Assembly: GCA_965206645.1 (NCBI GenBank)
Contig: CBDBKE010000003.1
Span: 480,001 to 544,000 of the forward strand
DNA: 64,000 nucleotides
Reading direction: 5' to 3'
From: Terriglobia bacterium
GTDB taxonomy: Bacteria > Acidobacteriota > Terriglobia > JAJPHL01 > JAPKYU01
In this document: one piece after another, positions 60,335-64,000 of the stretch
Position numbering within the stretch: the stretch's first letter is position 1
Layout: every line of letters starts with the position of its first letter
Program-made: the position numbers and the translations under genes
The notes under the pieces: generated by a model
Database searches by the model: none
Told to the model about the DNA's origin: nothing
Seen by the model: the letters and a program-made list of their open reading frames with translations, nothing else

Positions 60335-61765
60335 GTGACTAAGCGGAAAAAGATCGCGATAACTGCCGGGGCTGCGTTGCTGGTGACCATCCTCGTCGTC
60401 GTCGGCATTAAAATCAGCCGCAGGGAGGTGGTGACCGTACAGACTGGCAGAGTCGTCCGCCAGGACCTGGTCTCCGTGGTGACCGCCTCCGGCGAGATCA
60501 AGCCGCTGAACTACGTCAACATTAACGCTACCGCCTTCGGCCGGATTACCGAAATTCTGGTCCGGGAGGGAGATGAGGTCCAAAAGGGCCAGCTGCTGGC
60601 GCGTCTGGAATCGGTCCAACCCTCAGCCGACGTCGAGGCCCAGCGGGCTGCGCTGCGGGCTTCTGAGGCGGACGCCGCCGCTGCCGGAGCTTCTGTCGGC
60701 TCAGCGAAGGCCGCCCAGCGCACGGCGGAGGCCGACCTGTTGCGGAGCCAGGCCGAACTGGAGAAGGCCCGGTTGGAGTTCCAACGCGCCGAGGCGTTGT
60801 TCGGCGACGAGCTGATCAGCAAGGCGCAATATGATGCGGCCAGCGCGGCCTATGAGGTGGCGTTGGCGGTTGTGGCCCAGACGGAAGCGCGCGTGGCGCA
60901 GACTCGTGCCCTGTTGGAGCAGGCCCGATCACAGCGGCAGACGGCGCGGACTCGCATCGGGCAGTCCCGGGCAGGCCTGACGCGCCTCTCCGACGTCCTA
61001 CACCAGTACAGCTTTTACGCCCCTTTGGATGGGGTGGTGACCGACCTGCCTGTGCACGTTGGTGAGAGTGTCGTCAGGGGCATCCAGAACTCGCCGGGGA
61101 GCCTGCTGATGACCATCGCCGACCTGTCCGTGATCACCGCCGAGGTGAAGGTGGATGAGACCGACATCGTCAACGTGCGCCTGGGTCAGTCCGGCGAGGT
61201 CTCCGTGGACGCCTTCCCAAACCAGACCTTCCAGGGGAAAGTGACCGAGATTGGTGCCACCGCCATCATCCGTTCCACAGGCTTGGCCGCCGCACAGTCC
61301 AATGTGGCCAGCCAGGAAGCCAAGGACTTTAAGGTGGTGGTGACCCTGGAGTCGCCTCCCGACAACTTACGCCCGGGGCTCTCCACCACGGCGAGAATCC
61401 GGACGGCGAGCAAGAAGGACGTCCTGGCGATTCCCATCCAGGCGCTCACCATCCGCCAGAAGTCAGACCTGGAAGAAGATGAGGAAGAGGACTCGAAGGC
61501 CGGGGCCGCCCTGGCCGCCGGTCCCGAGGCCCGGCGGAGAGAGAAAGACGGGAAGAAGGAGATTCAGGGTGTGTTTGTGGCGCGCGACAAACGAGTGGAG
61601 TTTGTGCCGGTGGAGACTGGGATCTTCGGCACAACCGACATTGAGGTCACTAGCGGCCTAAGCGGCGGCGAGGAAATCGTCACCGGCAGCTACAAGGTGT
61701 TGCGCACCATCCGCAGCCATGCCAGGGTCCGGGTGGACAACAAAGCGCCCAAAAAGGAAGAATAA
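60335..61765 (+). CDS. efflux periplasmic adaptor (MacA/HlyD-type MFP)
   Basis: N-terminal [14 protein letters not shown], coiled coil, APLDGVV and LRPGLS. Confidence 0.92.
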   Translation: MTKRKKIAITAGAALLVTILVVVGIKISRREVVTVQTGRVVRQDLVSVVTASGEIKPLNYVNINATAFGRITEILVREGDEVQKGQLLARLESVQPSADVEAQRAALRASEADAAAAGASVGSAKAAQRTAEADLLRSQAELEKARLEFQRAEALFGDELISKAQYDAASAAYEVALAVVAQTEARVAQTRALLEQARSQRQTARTRIGQSRAGLTRLSDVLHQYSFYAPLDGVVTDLPVHVGESVVRGIQNSPGSLLMTIADLSVITAEVKVDETDIVNVRLGQSGEVSVDAFPNQTFQGKVTEIGATAIIRSTGLAAAQSNVASQEAKDFKVVVTLESPPDNLRPGLSTTARIRTASKKDVLAIPIQALTIRQKSDLEEDEEEDSKAGAALAAGPEARRREKDGKKEIQGVFVARDKRVEFVPVETGIFGTTDIEVTSGLSGGEEIVTGSYKVLRTIRSHARVRVDNKAPKKEE

Positions 61766-61829
61766 CCCTAGGACCCACAGGAACGGATCGCCGCATTGCC
61801 AGCCACCGAAGCAACGGAGCAAGCGAGGA

Positions 61830-62573
61830 ATGGCGTCTTCTAGAGCGGGACTAGACTCCGCTGGCCAGCAGCCCAACCCACCCCCCGACAGCGTATTGAT
61901 CAAAACCGAGGATTTGTACAAGACCTACCTGATGGGCTCGGTCGAAATCCAGGCGGTCTGCGCCGTGACCTTGGAAATCCAGCGCAACGAATACGTGGCG
62001 GTCATGGGACCCTCCGGTTCGGGCAAATCCACCCTGATGAACCTGATCGGGTGCCTGGATACGGCTTCCGGCGGCCGCTACTGGCTCAACGGGCGGCTGG
62101 TCAGCGACCTGAGTGATGACCAGCTGGCCTTCATCCGCAACAAGGAAATCGGCTTCGTCTTCCAAACCTTCAACCTGCTGGGGCGAGCCTCCGCGCTGCA
62201 CAATGTTGAGCTGCCCCTGATTTACAACGGGACGCCGGCTCAGGAGCGGCTGCTCCGGGCCCAGGAGACTCTGCGGCTGGTGGACCTGGAGAACCGCATG
62301 CGCCACAGGCCCAGCGAGCTGTCGGGCGGCGAGCGTCAGCGAGTGGCCATCGCCCGGGCCCTGGTCAACCATCCCTCGATCCTGCTGGCTGATGAGCCCA
62401 CCGGCAACCTGGACTCGGCCACCAGCCGGGAAATCATGGAACTGTTCGACCGTCTGCATGCCCAGGGAAACACCATCGTGTTGGTGACGCACGAGCGCGA
62501 CATCGGCGCCTGCGCGCATCGTGTCATTCACATTCGAGACGGCAGAGTCGCCAGCGACGAACGAACCAGATAG
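61830..62573 (+). CDS. ABC transporter ATP-binding protein (MacB/LolD-like)
   Basis: [17 protein letters not shown] and [10 protein letters not shown]. Confidence 0.93.
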   Translation: MASSRAGLDSAGQQPNPPPDSVLIKTEDLYKTYLMGSVEIQAVCAVTLEIQRNEYVAVMGPSGSGKSTLMNLIGCLDTASGGRYWLNGRLVSDLSDDQLAFIRNKEIGFVFQTFNLLGRASALHNVELPLIYNGTPAQERLLRAQETLRLVDLENRMRHRPSELSGGERQRVAIARALVNHPSILLADEPTGNLDSATSREIMELFDRLHAQGNTIVLVTHERDIGACAHRVIHIRDGRVASDERTR

Positions 62574-62652
62574 TTTCTAGCGCAGCGACCCGCCCCCCCA
62601 CATTGTGCTGGCGTTGTTCTGGAGCCCGCACTGGTTTACTATTACGCGCGCC

Positions 62653-64000
62653 ATGGCCCAGCCCGGGGACTTCGCCTACCAGGTCAAGCAGTCGACCGAA
62701 ATTGTGCGGCTGGTCGGCGAGCACGTGCGGCTGAAGCGGAGCGGCGGGGCGCGCTATATGGGCCTATGCCCCTTCCATCAGGAGAAGACCCCCTCATTTT
62801 CCGTCCACGGCGGGCTGCAGTTTTACCACTGCTTCGGCTGCGGCGCTTCCGGCGACGTCTTTAAATTCGTCATGGAGACGGAACGGCTCACCTTCCCGGA
62901 AGCCGTGCGCCGGCTGGCCGAGCGGGCTGGCATCCCGCTTCCCCGCGCGCGGGGTCCGGAGGCCGACGCCGAAGCGCGCCTGCGGGCTGCGCTGCTGGAG
63001 ATGCACGAGACGGCGGCCGCCTTCTTCCAGCAGCGACTCCACTCGGCTGAAGGGGCAGCCGTCCGACAATACCTGGAGCGGCGCGGGGTGTCCCCCGAGA
63101 TGGCGGCCGAGTTCCGCCTGGGTTATGCGCCCGCTTCCGGCAGCGCTCTGCTCCGCCAACTTGGCCCGAGCTATGGCACGGAGGTGCTGGAGGCCAGCGG
63201 GCTGGTTCTGAAGCGCGACTCTGGCGGCCACTTCGACCGCTTTCGCGGGCGCCTCATGTTTCCTATCGGCAACGAAGCCGGCAAGGTGATCGCATTCGGT
63301 GGCCGCGCGCTGCGCAAGGAAGATCAACCGAAGTATCTGAATTCTCCGGAAACCCTCATCTATCGCAAGAGTCGCGTGCTGTTCAACTTCCACCGCGCCC
63401 GGGAAGGGATGCGCCGCCAGGAGCTGGTGGTGCTGGTGGAGGGGTACATGGACGCCCTGGCCGTCTTCTCCGCCGGGGTTAGCAACGTGGTTGCCAGTTG
63501 CGGTACCAGCCTGACGCTGCTCCAGGTCAAGGCGCTGGCGCCGCTGGTCAAGACGGTAGTGGTTAATTACGACCCGGACGCGGCTGGGGCGGCGGCCACT
63601 GAGCGATCATTGTCCACGCTGCTGGAAGAGGGCCTGAAGGTCGGCGTGCTGGCGCTGCCCACCGGCCAGGACCCCGACCAGTTCATCCGTTCCCAGGGAT
63701 CGGAAGCCTACCGCGCGCAACTGGAGGCTGCCCCTTCTTTCTTCGCCTTTCTGGTGGAGCGTGCGCGTGCGCTGTTCGATCTGGGCAGCGCCGCGGGACG
63801 GGCCGCCGCCGCACGTCATATTCTGCAGTACATCAATAAATTGCCGGACTCCATGGAGCGAGCCGAGTTGGCCAAAGACCTGGCGGATCGGCTGGGTCTG
63901 GACCGGCAAGTGGTCGGCCGCGAGTTGTCTGTCGCTGCCGCCGATCGGCGTCCCTGGACCGGAGCTGCGGCGTCCAATGCTTCCCAGTACGAGAAGGAAT
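62653..64000 (+). CDS. dnaG: DNA primase (3' end runs past the window edge)
   Basis: Read by hand: GLCPFHQEKTPSF...CFGC Zn finger, DRFRGRLMFPI, KYLNSPET, VEGYMD and YDPDAAG. Confidence 0.96.
   Translation, partial: MAQPGDFAYQVKQSTEIVRLVGEHVRLKRSGGARYMGLCPFHQEKTPSFSVHGGLQFYHCFGCGASGDVFKFVMETERLTFPEAVRRLAERAGIPLPRARGPEADAEARLRAALLEMHETAAAFFQQRLHSAEGAAVRQYLERRGVSPEMAAEFRLGYAPASGSALLRQLGPSYGTEVLEASGLVLKRDSGGHFDRFRGRLMFPIGNEAGKVIAFGGRALRKEDQPKYLNSPETLIYRKSRVLFNFHRAREGMRRQELVVLVEGYMDALAVFSAGVSNVVASCGTSLTLLQVKALAPLVKTVVVNYDPDAAGAAATERSLSTLLEEGLKVGVLALPTGQDPDQFIRSQGSEAYRAQLEAAPSFFAFLVERARALFDLGSAAGRAAAARHILQYINKLPDSMERAELAKDLADRLGLDRQVVGRELSVAAADRRPWTGAAASNASQYEKE

Overview
GC-rich bacterial chromosomal segment, most likely Acidobacteriota (inferred from the Cys-rich N-terminal RpoB insertion, a GWxTD protein and a kinase-TPR protein) and probably near the origin. 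It is mostly core genome: purE-purD, hslR, mnmG-rsmG-parS-parA-parB, dnaK-dnaJ-hspR, thiL, a tRNA(Thr-Gly-Thr-Tyr)-tuf-rpmG-tRNA(Trp)-secE-nusG-rplKAJL-rpoBC cluster, a purQ-purL-purF-lepB-purM-purN-lipoprotein-tyrS-lipid kinase-argD run, and the 5' part of dnaG. Accessory genes are a frameshifted pentapeptide-repeat membrane protein, an ACE-like M2 peptidase, a Ser/Thr kinase, a PilZ/degenerate-GGDEF pair and a GWxTD / beta-barrel / PDZ-histidine kinase / sigma54-activator locus. No CRISPR array, prophage or intact transposase is visible. The most notable signals are: (1) a small coiled-coil protein with eight AT-hook-like GRP motifs, a candidate HMGA-like nucleoid protein; (2) an EF-Tu with a reciprocal N/S swap between its G4 and G5 motifs; (3) a +1 slip in a G8 tract; (4) a sigma54/IHF/palindrome promoter architecture ahead of the two-component pair; (5) an apparent ATA start codon; (6) recurrent 10-15 bp tandem duplications at gene boundaries. 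All calls come from motif recognition by eye; no database searches were run.
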